64,000 bases of DNA from Adineta vaga (taxonomy: Eukaryota; Animalia; Rotifera), in the NCBI GenBank assembly GCA_021613535.1, contig CP075497.1:3162001-3226000 (forward strand), in the 5' to 3' direction. Positions 40,326 to 55,924 of the stretch are shown here, in pieces. Numbering within the stretch: position 1 is the first letter of the stretch; each line of letters begins with the position of its first letter. Below the pieces are notes generated by a model. The model was not told the origin of the DNA, ran no database searches, and saw nothing but the letters and a program-made list of their open reading frames with translations. The translations under genes and the position numbers were made by a program.

Positions 40326-40716
40326 GTGATGACTTTCATTGCATAATTCACTATGAGATCCTCATTTCCGAACTGAATTCAAGTATCGAATAGAGTTTAT
40401 GCAAACGAAGTGCATATATATCAAAAGAGATAAAATATATCGGATATTCTTTTAAGCTTTTTAATAGAGTAAAGGCGAGTTATTCCTTTTCGGACGAAAC
40501 TAATTCTTTAACATTTGTGAACGATAGTGACATCTTTATACGTGATAATACGAAGAGTGCTCGATTGGTTTCGAAATTCAAGTAAAGAAAACTTTACGCA
40601 GTTCCCAGTCTCAGTTTATTCATTCGTTTACACACTGTCTCATAAAAAAACAATCATCTATCAAAAACTATTGGGTTTCCTATACTCTTTTCTTTCATCG
40701 AAGCCTGCTTTAAAAC

Positions 40717-42316
40717 ATGACTAGTTCAAGTCATCTAGAAGCGACCACATCGACGATTTCTGATGCTCATACATATTATAACAATGCTCAAGAGCAAGGT
40801 TTGGATCGACGAAACGAAAGTATAATTCTCTATCTACGTAATTTCAATAATTGGATCAAAAGCATATTAATTGGTATGTTGTCATATACAATAACTTATT
40901 TCAATTATCTTTTATATTCTGTAGATGAACATTTGAAGTTGTTAAGAAATGAACGACCAGATCGTAGAGATGATATTCATGTATTTGATATGGGTTGTGG
41001 AAAAGGTAAATAACTTCCTATCTCAACGTATGACATGTTATCTTTTCTAGGAGGAGATCGGAAAAAATGGGACGTTGGTCGAGTTAAACATGTTACTTTT
41101 TCTGGTTAGTTAATAGCATGAATTCCAATATCATTGATCTTTTATGTATACTATTTTGTAGATATAGCGGAGAATTTAGTTGAAGCATGCAAAGAACGTC
41201 AAAGAACGAGTGGTTGTCGTTACGGTACAACGTTCTTCCCACTAGATTGTACCCGAGTATGCATTTCCCAATTTCTGTCTACATACACAAACATATTTGT
41301 TATCTATTAGGGATTAGTTCGGGATAAAGTTCGCACGACGGAACCCTGTTTTGATCTTGTCAGTAGTCAATTTGTTCTTCATTATTCATTTGATAAAATA
41401 GAATCTGCAAATCGATTTTTACGTAATGCCGCTGAACTGTTACGAGTCGGCGGCTATTTTATTGGTACTACGGTGAATTCTTGTGCACTTGTGTATGTTT
41501 TCTTTCTCTACTTCAATTCAGCCAATATCATAATTAGTTCTTTTACTTTAGAGAACGTTGTCGAAAATCACCTGATCAAACTATTTCTAATAATGTTTTC
41601 AAAGTAGTCTTTGATTCTTCCATCAATCTTAATACAACAGATACAGAAGCAATTCCATTATTTGGAGCCAAATATCATTTTAGTCTTGATGATGTAGTCG
41701 ATTGTCCTGAATATCTTGTCTATTTTCCTTTACTTGAGAAGTAAGTTGTCAACATTTCAATGTTTTCTACCAATTGATTTTTATAGATTAGCAGGTAATC
41801 ATGGTTTGGAACTAGTTGATCGACAAACATTTAAAGATTATTTTGATAAACATGCAAAAACTAGTGATGGTAAAAAATTATTAAAGATAATGAAAGCTTT
41901 AGAAGTAAAAAGGAATTATTTGAATAATAAATATACGATGTAAATTTTTTTCATGTATTTAGCGCTATGAATCTTCAACAAATGATACACATGCACGACG
42001 AATCGATCGTATTCAATATAAACATGCGGAGAAGTATATCAATGAAAATAGTGAAAAAGATTCAAATCCGACGAGATCTTGTGTAAGTTGCCATAATCAT
42101 TGGATTATAGTTATTTATAATATCAATAACGTTTTATTCTTTAGCGAACTCTATCCCAACAAGAATGGGATATAACAAGTAAGATTGAATTGGAATAATG
42201 GAAGGTTACGTTTGTTTTCAATTGATATTCTAGGTCTTTATGTTACATTTTCTTTCAAAAAAGTGCGTCAAGTCAAATATGATGATAATGATCATGGAGA
42301 ACCTACAACTCAATGA
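40717..42316 (+). CDS. RNMT: mRNA cap guanine-N7 methyltransferase
   Basis: [99 protein letters not shown]. Multi-exon and in frame. Confidence 0.95.
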
Positions 42317-42778
42317 GTCTCATAATGTCTTCATTTTCTTTTGTTGTTCATCAAACTCGGTTTAATCGAGAATTTCTTGTACTTATGAGTGTAGTTGACA
42401 GTTATTTTTGTTGTGTTCTTAATATGAAATAAAAATCAAATGTATTAAACTATTCTCAAAGAATAAAGCTTTTCGTATGAATAAAATGTAGTTGATCGAT
42501 TTATTCTACTATGTTTTATGAAACGCATAAATGAACATTAGTCAAAAAGGTTTCAAGTCTTCTTGAATAACGATAGTTTTACTACGAAAACGTTAGATGA
42601 AAGAATTCAAGTATATAACAGTGATGTCGCACTTGTACATATTCATTTATTTAATCCTATTTTCTCTCTAATTCTTTCTCATCGTCAGATCATGTCTTTC
42701 TTTTCTTTCTGGTCTTTCTTCTCTTCTATTTAGTTTAGTTATATATGTATATATTCAATTGAATTCAAAGACAGAACA

Positions 42779-44541
42779 ATGAAAGGTGAACCTCGTATAA
42801 CTACAACACCTGTTACAGCGAAAAATATTCGTCATCGATCAGCATCACCACCGCCTAGTATTACTGCAACTAGAAATAAAAAGAGTACTGTGTCGACGAA
42901 AACAACAGGTACAACTACTAAACGAAAAACAGTTAAAACTGCGGATGGTCTGTTATTCACTTTGATTGTTTTCTATCTGATCGATATTTGAAATTTATTT
43001 TAGTTCAATTATCACGTTCGAAATCATCTGTGACTCGTTCTACACGTTTGCCAAATACGACACGTCGAACAATTCGCCGACAGACCACTTATTTATCTAT
43101 ACCATCTCTTGTAAATGGTAATTCTAAAGGTGGTCAAGTATTGGCTGTTGGTGAAAATGGTATGACCCAATTAGGTCTAAAAAGTTCTATTGATCAACGA
43201 AAAAATCCTCAACCTGTACTTATTCCTGAATCTGTTGTACAAATTGCTGCTGGTCCATTACATTCTGTTTGTTTAACAGATCAAAATAATATCTATACAT
43301 TCGGTTGTAATGATGAACATGCATTGGGTCGATCAGACAGTAATGATGATGATGATGACGACAGTGATCCATTTGGAGAAGTTGATTTTAGTAAAGTATT
43401 AAATCTTGATGAAGAAATTATTATACAAATTGTTGCTGGTGATAGTCATACAATTGTTTTATCGAATCTTGGTAAAGTTTATGGTAGGATTTATCGATCT
43501 TCTTTTTAATGACATGTACTATTTCATATTGTTTTTCGAATGTTTCACGCTGGGGCACATTTCGTTCGAGTACAAATGGAATTTATGGTCTTGTACGTAA
43601 GAATAAAATGGCGAAGAAACCAGTAGAAATCTCATTACCAGAAAAGATTGTTAAATTAGCTAGTGGAAATGATTTTGTTTTGTTTCTCAGTGAAACTGGA
43701 CAAGTTTATTCATGTGGTAATGGTGAAACAGGTCAATTAGGTCGACTGAGTCGATATGCATGTGAAGATGGTCGTCGAGGAGGCACTGGTATAATTATTA
43801 CTGTTTTAATAATGATAATAAAATAACACATATGATTTAGAACGATTGATAACACCAGCACCTATTCTATACAATCGATCAACGATTAAAGAAAAAAAGT
43901 TAGCATTTGAAGATATTTTTACCGGTGCTCATCATTATTTTTTAAAAGTACAAGGTCAACCCTATGTACTTGCTGGTGGTTTGAATAATTTTCATCAAAT
44001 TGGTAAACTTTATGTCTTTTATTTTCAAAGAAAAACGAAGCATTTACATATGATTTATAGGTTTATCAACGGCTGATTCTGTCTTCTTTCCAGTACACAT
44101 TCCTTCACTTGATGGTTATCAATGGAAAAAATTTACTGGTGGTCTACATCATACACTTGGCCTTACTGTCGATGGTAAATCTCTTTCTTTATTCGATCAT
44201 AGTAGAATTCTTTCATTGCTTTTTAAGGTAAAGTCTATGCAATGGGTCGTTGTCATGAAGGTCAGTTAGGTATCGATGGTTTAACAACTCATGTTGATAA
44301 ACCAACTCTTATTCCAAATGTTCCCAAAGCTATTGATATAGCTTGTGGAAATCATGTTTCATTTATAATCGATGAAAACGGTAAAGTTCATTCATTTGGT
44401 GCTGGTACATCTCTTCAACATGGACATGGAGAAGATGATATAAAACTTCCACGTGTGATGTCATCAAAATTTATGGATATAAAAAAAATACTTAATGTCG
44501 CTGTTGGTGCTCAACATACAATTTTTCTCACTAAAGAATAA
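42779..44541 (+). CDS. RCC1: Regulator of chromosome condensation (RCC1, Ran GEF); one intron lacks a canonical AG acceptor
   Basis: Basic N-terminal tail, then RCC1 repeats QIAAGPLHSVCL, YTFGCNDEHALGR, IVAGDSHT, WGTFRS, LASGNDF, SCGNGETGQLGR, GLNNFHQIG, GGLHHTL, VAVGAQHTIFL. Confidence 0.92.
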
Positions 44542-44769
44542 TAATCTATTTCTCTTTTGTTCCTTTCTGTTTCTTCTTTTCTTTACAATAAACAAAAAAC
44601 AAGGAATATAAAACGATGAATTATCATTATTTTGCACATGACCAATCAATTGATGCTTGGCTCTAAGAATACATATACATACACACCGATGTAAATGACA
44701 CCGAGAAAACAAAACATGTACAAAATGAAAAGAAAAAAAAAACCATGCATTTGTTTTTCTGTTTCGAGT

Positions 44770-46361
<1,592 letters not shown>

Positions 46362-48102
46362 AACGCAATTTTCTCTTCTCTCTCTAACGTTTTTTTCTTC
46401 TTATTTGCTAGGAATTGGTTGGTTGAATGAACTAATTTTGAACCAATCGTTAAACGATCCGGTATTAAGCAAGCGAATGTGTGTGAACAATTCTATCTGT
46501 CGATTTCCGGCAGTCAACAACACATATTAATCAATGAATTTATCCTAAATGAGTATAATCACAAAAAATATACACATATATATATCAACATTAAAATATC
46601 TAAAAGTTTTCTTCGCATTTTTATAAATATGAAAAAAAAACCGAGCACAAAAACAGGTTTTCTAGAGGAGCAAAAAATAATATAAACAAGTGTCATCGAA
46701 ACGTAGTATCTTTTTCTCTCATGATTCGTTACGCATTGCCTATATTCAAAATATAACTATTGACACGTATGCGGAGGCGCTTACATTTTTTCTTCGATTG
46801 CGCGTTGTACACCTTCGTCTGACGAAAATCGATTGTCGTTTGAGTAATAGCAACATGAATCTTTTCTGTTCTGTACAAAAAAAAGCCGACGCATACTTTG
46901 TCGAGTGTTTTCTTTTACTCTTTCTTTTTCCTTCTCTCTTGTTCACCTTATTATACTTCAACATGCGTAAGCAGAGGCAAGGCTACAAATGATAGTTGAT
47001 TTGATCCATTGTGAATGAGATTTATGTGAAGCTAGTTTATTTATTTGACAATAATTGTCTTTATGTTTCCTTTCTTTCAGATTGTTTGGTACAACTATAT
47101 ATTTTTCGATTTGCATAAACACGACTAAAGAAACCTTTCAAGTAGATCGAACCTGGTGGATACGTTTCTTTTTGATTTTGCATAGAAAATTTTAATTTTG
47201 TTGTTTTTTCTTTTAGCTCTTGTTAGATTCATTGTCATGAAAATTCAATTTTCTTTTTTTTTCTCTTTCTTTAGATTCAGATCGAAAAGAGTGAAGGAAA
47301 GATTTGATTCGAAGGGCATGTTCGAAAGTTGAGAGGTGAAACAAAATCGAATAAAAAATGAAACAGATTTAAGCTTTTGTTAGTATATCTTCATCAGCAT
47401 GTTAGTTATCTAATGAGAGTGAAGATCAACATCCTGAGTATACATTGATGACACACCCAACGATTAACTCATCGGACTCTCGTTTGGCCACGTGTCAATA
47501 AGATTGATACATTGAACGGAAAAAAGCATGTACATACGTGTATAAAGACATCAAATTAAATAAGCAAGATATCTTTGTATATATTTCGTATGTATGTACG
47601 AAATGAAAACGATAGATAAACATATCATTTAATCATGTTCAATATTAGATTTATTCTTCGATGTATATTTGAAAAAAAAGAAGAAGCAGAAATTGATTTT
47701 TCTCTTCTCACTTGTCTTGTCGGCACAGGAAATAGAGAAATATTTAGATAATTGAAAGAAAATTATATCGCAGATTGTTGTCGTATGCGCATCGATTGAA
47801 AAAGTTGATAAAAGAACGTCTCTATGTATATTGACGTAAAGATGAACTGACCAAATACTAATAAAAGTCTTTATTTTCTTTTCAATTCGATTTGATTCAC
47901 TTGTATAAATGCCGCTTTGTCGATTTATTGACAAACGGAAATCACTCATCAATAATAGTCAACACCATCAACAACCCATCCTTTCATTCCGATCAAACAT
48001 TGTTCGATGAAAGAGAAGAAGAAAAAAAAACCAAAAGCATTCATGCAGAACACTAAAAGTACATATACACTGAGGGTGATGTCATATGTAAAGTAAAATC
48101 AA

Positions 48103-49079
48103 ATGATGAAAGTTGTTCGAGTGATTGTTGAAAAATTATGTGTTGTAATAACAATTATTCTTATTTATGAGAATGCACTTGTTTTCTATCAACATCTTTT
48201 TCCGTATTGGTGGTCTCGTGGATTTTATGGACGATTTTTCTTTAATTTTATTCTGGGGCATTGGTTATTAGTTAATACTGTGAGACATTATTATTTAGCA
48301 ATATCGAAATCACCAGGTTTTGTTTCTGATTTAAAAAAAGACTTATCATCAGTAGATGAATCCAAGTATACAAAATGTTTGAAATGTAATATTACGAGGC
48401 CACCTCGAGCACATCATTGTAAAATATGTGACAAATGTGTTCTTCGGTTTGATCATCATTGTAAGTAAAAATAGAAAACAATTCCTATTAACACTCAATG
48501 GTATAAAAGATGTACTCGTAATTTTACTGATGATCATTCATATGTTTAGGTCCTTGGATTAATAATTGTGTTGGATATCGAAATCATGTACATTTTTTCT
48601 TATTTTGTATTTATATGGCAATGATTGCTGCTTTTTCAACAATTGCTGCACAACAACAGTTCCAGTTAGTTATGTTTCATGATCAGATACTTTTTCGTTT
48701 GTTTGATCCAATTCTTCAGCCCTATAATATGACTGTAGCTGTTATAGAACATAATACTATAGGTCCAATCACTGGCGTATTGACACTTTTTCTTTTTATT
48801 ATTAATCTTGTTGCAATGGGTCTTGTATTAAGTTTAACTATATGGCAAATGAGTCTTATTACAAAAGGTCAGACATGTGTTGAAGAAAAGATTGATAAAT
48901 CCATAATGATTAATAATCAACAACAACGACGACGATTCTACGATTATGGATGGAAAGGAAATTGGAAAAGATTTTTTGAAATCAATACTTTTCCTGAATT
49001 ATTAATTCGCTTGTTAATACCGTATACGTTTCAACCGAAATCTGATGGTACACAATGGACATTGAAAGATAATAAATAA
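48103..49079 (+). CDS. ZDHHC16: DHHC palmitoyltransferase, ZDHHC16-like, 2 exons
   Basis: [50 protein letters not shown]|[41 protein letters not shown]. Confidence 0.85.
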
Positions 49080-49584
49080 ATCTGTTCTTATATGTACTTT
49101 TTCGAACTTATAGTTAGATATTTGAAGAAGATTCGAAGTATAGATGTTTTCGATAATGTCATCGCGGCCGATAATGTTAATATTACACTTCCAATATAAC
49201 AAGTAGAAATAATATAAAATAAAATGTACACACTGCATTATTTCATTGTAATATACAAAGAGATTTTATTATGATATACACGTTCTCTCCCAATATTATT
49301 TATTCTAGATGTTTAATTGTTGAGGTTCAGGTCAATGAAGGGTGACTTATCTATTGTAAATATGATCTTCCATTTCTTCAGACATATTTTCTACATTTTA
49401 ATATGCTCATTCAATAAAAATTCATAACAGTTTTTTCAGTCTAAATTTTTTCGTCGAGGTTAGCAATTCGTATTAATCAACGATGATAGCGGACGGATAC
49501 ACCAATGAACTCACACACACACACACACATATATGTATATATATATATGCATACATAACAAGAGAATTGTTATTTGAACTCAAT

Positions 49585-51334
49585 ATGAATCAATTTAATA
49601 TTGATAATCTTTTGATTTTACCAAATGAAATAGTGCTGAACATTTTCAAAAAGCTCAATAATATAGATGTTCTCTATTTATTACTATATACTAATAATCA
49701 TCGACTTGAAACACTAATACTAGAAAATAATTTCGCTAGTATTCTCAATTTTGCAACAACAGCATCATCGTATAATACTTTTGCAATTTATGGATTCTGT
49801 ACTTCAGTATTACCAAGAATTCATTTACAAGTTAAAACTCTTATAGTCAATTCAATGTTTATTAAAGATGTTATTCGTTTCGCTTGTCTTCCCAATTTAA
49901 TGAAACTTCAACTATTTAATGTGAACAGAAATACAATTGAGATATGTTTTGGAGGTAGATAACTAATACGTTGATCAGCTTGAACATTTCGATTGTAACA
50001 GATAAATTAGATAATAACTGTTTGTTCTTCTTTCAGGTGAAACATCATCAAAAACTATTTTTCCACGAAACATAAGAGATCTTACTCTTGTATTCGAAAA
50101 TGTGTCCTATCAAGCATCATTGGAATTCTATACGGTACATCTCTACGACCGTATTTTGAAAATCTGCGAAAATCTAGAACATTTATCTTATATTGGATCA
50201 TATCCACATTATTATCCAGGTTTGAAACTTACCAATGTGCCTTTCACGTCATTTTCGTCTTCAACTCTCAATAAATTATCTATTCGTCTGAAATGTTTTG
50301 ATGATTGTCTTGCTTTACTGGATGGCCGTTTGAAACAATTAATGACTTTGATCATTGTTATTGAGAGTATGGAATACGATTCATCGAATGTTTATAATAT
50401 AGTAGGCAAACGTTTATAAAGAAACTTATTATATACTTATTTTTATATTTTTTAGGATGATCTGCCTAATATGAAATGTTTCTCTTTAACAACAACATCG
50501 TATTGTTTAACGAACGTGTATGATAACCATTTTCTGCCATTTCTTCGTCGTATGTCCAATATTGAAGAATTAACTTTACATATTACTATAAAAAATCGAA
50601 CTGTATTTATAGATGGTACTCATATTTATAATGAAATTCTTATTCACATGCCACGAATTCATTTATTCAACTGTTATATCTGTACGGAAATTATATCGGA
50701 TGATTTAATTCACTATTTATCAAAAGATGACATCCAACAAACTCTTAACAATATAGAATATCAAGAAATGGATTGTTTAGTAAACTATAGATATTCTACT
50801 GCCATATGTTATTTATTTTCATTACCATTTCTATTTGAAGAGTTCACATATATGGGTAATACATTTTCTAATATTATTTTCAATTATGTTAAAAGATTAT
50901 CTGTCAAAGATGATATTCCATTCAAACATGATTTTTTCCATGAAATTGCACAGTGTTTCCCATTACTTGAATCATTATGTATTATTAATACTGAACCACA
51001 ATCAGTAATATCATATACATGGAATAAGATTAATAATGAATGCTATCCAGTTGTTCAGTATCCGAATCTTACATCGCTTCATCTCGAAACTGTTCATATT
51101 GATTATGTTGAACAATTTCTTAATGAATTCAAAACAGATTTACCTTGTCTTACCGAATTAACTGTCAATTATGATCATTTATCAATCGTTACAGAAGATT
51201 TTACAAGAGATGCAACATGGACTAATTGTATGAAAGTAAAAACAATACAATTTGGTGAAAATGTAGAACTTCCAAACCAATTCTATGTTTATTTTTCGTC
51301 TTATTACATTAATGAAACGAATGATGCAGAATAA
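49585..51334 (+). CDS. F-box plus degenerate LRR protein (bdelloid-expanded type), 3 exons
   Basis: N-terminal LLILPNEIVLNIFKKLNNIDVLY F-box; DDCLALLDGRLKQL, LRRMSNIEELTL, FPLLESLCI, YPNLTSLHL, LPCLTELTV. Introns are in frame. Confidence 0.82.
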
Positions 51335-51648
51335 AGATTATTTATTACGCATACTTGTTAACTTTGTAGTTTTCTTTTCTTGAAATAGATCAAAATAAAA
51401 TATGTATTTCATTATTTCAAAAAGATGAAAAGCCAGACAAAGATTAATTAATATTTAAAAATTTTAATGTTAGCGTTAACTGAAATATATCAAAGTTAAA
51501 CTTACTTTTCTACTTTCAATTAGAAAAACATTTGATGAATTATGAGATTTCAAAAGTTCTCTTCAGAATTTGATGTTAAACATTACGAGAATATAGAATG
51601 CCTTTATTAGAATAAAATAGAAAGATCAATATTCGATGCGAATGTTTT

Positions 51649-52156
51649 TTAACGACCAAGAAAATATTGAAATATGGATGGTGATTGTTGAGCTTTTGGA
51701 TCAGTGTCCCAAATCTTTGTTTTTGGCTGATGCACTTTTTTACCTGTAGATGTAACTGAATCCATTGTTGATGATCTTTGTCGGCTATCGTTTGTGAAAA
51801 CTTGATTAACGGGAGGTCGTCCACGTGAAAGACTAGGTTTAGCAGGTGGTGGTGTACTTGTTGTTGCAGATCGTTCACGTGTATAAGATTTATCATGATG
51901 CCCATGAGACGATGTCGCATTGGTTATGGTCTTTTGTACCCATTGTAAAACTGATCGACTACGTTTTCTTGGTTGATCCTGAAATGAACAATGAGTAAAA
52001 AGATACAATTAAGATTGTATATATTACGTCTTCATGTGTTTTCGAATGTTGCGACGTATAATGTTTATCTTGTTTTATTAATGATTCAGATAAGTGTTCA
52101 GTTGGCGATTGAATCGTTGAATTCGAAGTTTGTTCCGCATCCATGTTACTTTGCAT
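51649..52156 (-). CDS. Small disordered Ser/Thr/Arg-rich protein, 2 exons
   Basis: MQSNMDAEQ...HSKTHED|DQPRKRSRSVLQWVQK...IFQYFLGR*. A short GT-AG intron joins the two annotated ORFs in frame. Confidence 0.65.
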
Positions 52157-52500
52157 TTGAACTTAAAAAGAAACTACGTCAAAATAAAGCAACTCACTGA
52201 GAATATTATCTATTTTATCTCGATAAAGAAAATAAAGAGAGAGTAGACATGTGATGAAATACTAAGCAATCTACAAGTCATGTTGAAAGAAAAAATGTTC
52301 TACTTTTGTATGATAAAGAACATCATTTGAATATGTAAAAGAAAAAGGAGTTTTTGCACAGAAAATTAATGAACTCCTTCCTTACGATAGCGATATCTAT
52401 TGAAGAGCATTCTAGTTGCTTAGAACAATTCTAAAATAAACGACTTTCATATTCGTTCGTTGAGTGATTTTATTTCGAATGAAATAAGAATAGTTTAATT

Positions 52501-53286
52501 ATGAATAAGAAACGAAAATCTTCATCTTCAAAATCGAAACGAAATTATGATCAACAAAACTATTGGAATAATCGTTACACTGCTAAGTTAAAAGGAAAAT
52601 ATGTCAATGAAGATGATGATGATGATCATACCGATGAATGGTATTTTTCCTATTCAGATATTTCAGATGTATTAAAATCACATTTAAAAACATGCCATCG
52701 ACAATCTCCTGTACTAGATATTGGGTGTGGTTTATCAAATATTTTTGATGATTTATCTGATGATTCTTTCAATGGCCCATTTGTTGGTGTTGATTATTCT
52801 CCAATTGCTATTAATCAATGTAAAAAGATAAAGAAAAATACAAATTATCATTATTTAATATTAGATATGATGCAAAAATCGAAACCATCTTTACCATATC
52901 AATCTTTCGGTCTGGTTATTGACAAAGCAACAACCGATGGAATTCTTTGTAATTCATCAAATCTCTCAAACATTACAAATATCTATGAACATGTATCAAA
53001 TCTTCTTTCTTCAAATGGAATATTTATTCTTATTACCATTAAAACAGTGGATGATAGAGCTTGGTTTGAAGATTGTCTTATTCCATCACTAATTCGAGGA
53101 AGTGAATATCAACATACAAAATTCATAATTCATTTTCATCGTTGTGTGACATATACAGATGGAAGTGAAAATGGTCCAAATGTTTTTGTTATTGTTAAAT
53201 ATGTCTGTAAATCGTATCCATTGCGTTCTTCAACAAAACGTATGAAACATGATGTATCACAAATAGTAACTGTTAAATGTTACTAG
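52501..53286 (+). CDS. Intronless class I SAM-dependent methyltransferase, EEF1AKMT4/METTL13-N-like
   Basis: YWNNRY..DEWYFSY..VLDIGCG..GVDYS..FGLVIDKATTDGI..LLSSNGIFILIT, in a 261-aa single ORF. Confidence 0.82.
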   Translation: MNKKRKSSSSKSKRNYDQQNYWNNRYTAKLKGKYVNEDDDDDHTDEWYFSYSDISDVLKSHLKTCHRQSPVLDIGCGLSNIFDDLSDDSFNGPFVGVDYSPIAINQCKKIKKNTNYHYLILDMMQKSKPSLPYQSFGLVIDKATTDGILCNSSNLSNITNIYEHVSNLLSSNGIFILITIKTVDDRAWFEDCLIPSLIRGSEYQHTKFIIHFHRCVTYTDGSENGPNVFVIVKYVCKSYPLRSSTKRMKHDVSQIVTVKCY

Positions 53287-55924
53287 TTGATTTAATCTGA
53301 GAAAATAAAACAAGAAAATTTCATTTTAATTTGCTTGAAAAGATAATTAGATTTAGATTACAAAGAAATGAAAGAATTTGTAAAATGTGTAAGACAATAA
53401 TATTCTTTGATTTCGATCATCACTAGCTTCGAAGAATGAATGAAGACTGAAAGACATGATCAATCGGAGAAAACAGTAGCAAATGAACGAGGAAGAATTC
53501 TCTTGCTCCACAGTAATTTCAAAAGTCCAATATATTATCTACGGGTGTAACTAGCTGTAGCTCTGGACAGAAGATTTCCGGTCTATTGCATGATTCTCGC
53601 CATGAGCTGCCTAACTCAAATTCGAATATAAATGACTGAACTTTAGCTAAAGTTTTTCTACAGAATAGGAGTTGAAAGAAATAGGAATTATTTTATTTTG
53701 ATTGTCATCCATTATAATCCACAAATATACACATATGTGTCTGTGGTTACGAGTTATATTTATGAGTCACAAGCATTAAATCTTAATCTATTGAAATTAA
53801 CGTTTATGAGCGGTTTTCTTTTCAAAATTATCATTTATATTCGAAGTCGAATTAAACAGTTGCTCTCCTTTTGGGGAAAGCAAATCTATAGAAGTACTTC
53901 GGTCAAGTATAACTTATGTGGCATACTAGGTCACCGCTGCATACGCTACAGTACATACGAAAGCTTTAGGGTCTTATTTATGATTAATCTTTTGAAGTTA
54001 TATAAATATTCAGGCATATTTCATCGGTTAACAAAAAGATTACTAAAACTAATATGAAAAAAACAAGTTTTTATTTTTTAGAAAATATTGTAGAATTTAA
54101 CGTTTTCTAGATCTCGGATTCTAAATAGCCCCTTCAAAAGTGTTCAGAAACAAACGAAAATAATTCGATAAATTCAAGTTTAGAATCTTGGCTTTACAAA
54201 ATGCCGCAAATGTTATATGTACCCCGTTATTGATATTACGTATGTATTAGATAAATTATTATTGTATTACGCGTGAGTAGAGAGTAGGTATACAGTTTGT
54301 GTGTTGATAAATGACAGAAAAATTGGCTCAAATTGTCAATTGGTTGTGATTAAAAAATACGAAAAACTGCATCAAGATCATTTGTATCTTTTAAGTTAAG
54401 GTTTGTAATAGTTATAACATCAATTTAAAAGTCTTATTCGTTGATAATGATCGATAGAAGATCGAAAATTCAGAAAAAATAAAATAAATTATATTTGAAT
54501 TATATATGTGATCATTTCAAAAATGAAAGATCGGATGATTTTCATGCTGTTAAACGATCGAGCGATGGACGACATAGCTATTAGTCATTTTTTCATGAAC
54601 ATGAAATATATTGTATATTTTTCACTTTTTCTCATCATCGTTTGCACTGTGGGTTTGTTAATTAACTTCATACTGTACAACTATTTATTACTCTACACCA
54701 GATTTATTATAAAAAAAACTCTATTCTGTATAAATAAAACTATAACAGTCTAAAAGAATCTTCAATGTAACTGACATTTTTTTTTAAAGAATAGGTTATT
54801 TAAATCAACAGGACACATTTCTATTGGACACGAAATTTTCATCAAAAGCTTCTTGCTATCACGATAGGATATGTTTATAGCAATTAATTGATTTTTCACG
54901 TGTATAAAAATCTTTTGATCATACGAAAACTAATCAAAGAATAATGAAATAATTAAAAAGAGAAAAAGTTGGTGATTTTTGCTTTTACTTAATTCAATGT
55001 AATCATCAACATTCTGACCAAAGAAATACATTACTTCATCATTAACACATGTGCTATTCTTAGATAATTATATAAGAAGGAGAATAGACACTATTGACTG
55101 AATGTTACACTCAACGAACATCTTCCTCATATGTTAGACTGTTTTTTTTTCTAGACTGACGAGGTGAATGAGAGAAAAGAAAAGAAAATGTCTATCGATA
55201 TTTATATGAACGGAATTGTTTTCTTTTTTATTATTATATCAATGTTATCAATGAATGAAACATTGTCTTTGTTTTCAATTTAACTTATTATAATGAGCAA
55301 CGAACGAATGACATGTCTCATTAGTATGCGATCACGTTTACAAAACCATTTACAGTTGTATCACTAATTCAGATGTACTTTGCTGCTCTTAATATTAGTT
55401 TCCTTTGTGGCTTTGCGATTTTGTTCATAATCTCTAGTTGTTTTCGTTATATGTGTCATATAATGCAATCAAATATTCGCTTGGGATCCTGTTCACCTTT
55501 TAGAAGGTATACTTATTTAGCGATTGTATTAATCAAGGAAGTTTTGCTAATGTTAGTTTACATTCTATCTTGCTGTATATTTCATTGGCTTGGATTGTCA
55601 AATAGCGGTACACAAATAACTTGGATCAAAGTACGTCAATGGTGTATCGAAGCTACAAGTATTCCAGTTCTTTGTTTAGCCTTTCTTCCCGAATATTCAG
55701 TTGGACAGACAAATTTTATATTTGATGAACATCAATCATATTATTTCGTGATGATCTTCGTGAAACTTCCTCTTTTTTTCATGATGCGTTTTGCTGAAAG
55801 TCAATCTAATTTTTTTTTGAATCACTTCGAATTATTTTTGCTACGGAAAACATGTGAATTTTTTTTTGCATGATTTTATATAAATAAATACCTGAAAAGA
55901 CATGACGAATTATTCTTTTCTTAA

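Noticed and set aside
43507-43511. TAATG stop-start overlap between two RCC1 ORFs, resembling termination-reinitiation
   Set aside because: It lies inside the presumed intron, the intervening residues are not RCC1-like, and splitting the beta-propeller is implausible.
53545-53630. Possible tRNA-like A/B boxes (tagctctgg ... ttcgaat)
   Set aside because: No cloverleaf stems can be formed; more likely repeat debris.
55373-55873. 166-aa hydrophobic ORF
   Set aside because: No recognisable motif. It is adjacent to the pseudogene and may be part of it, but cannot be supported as a gene.
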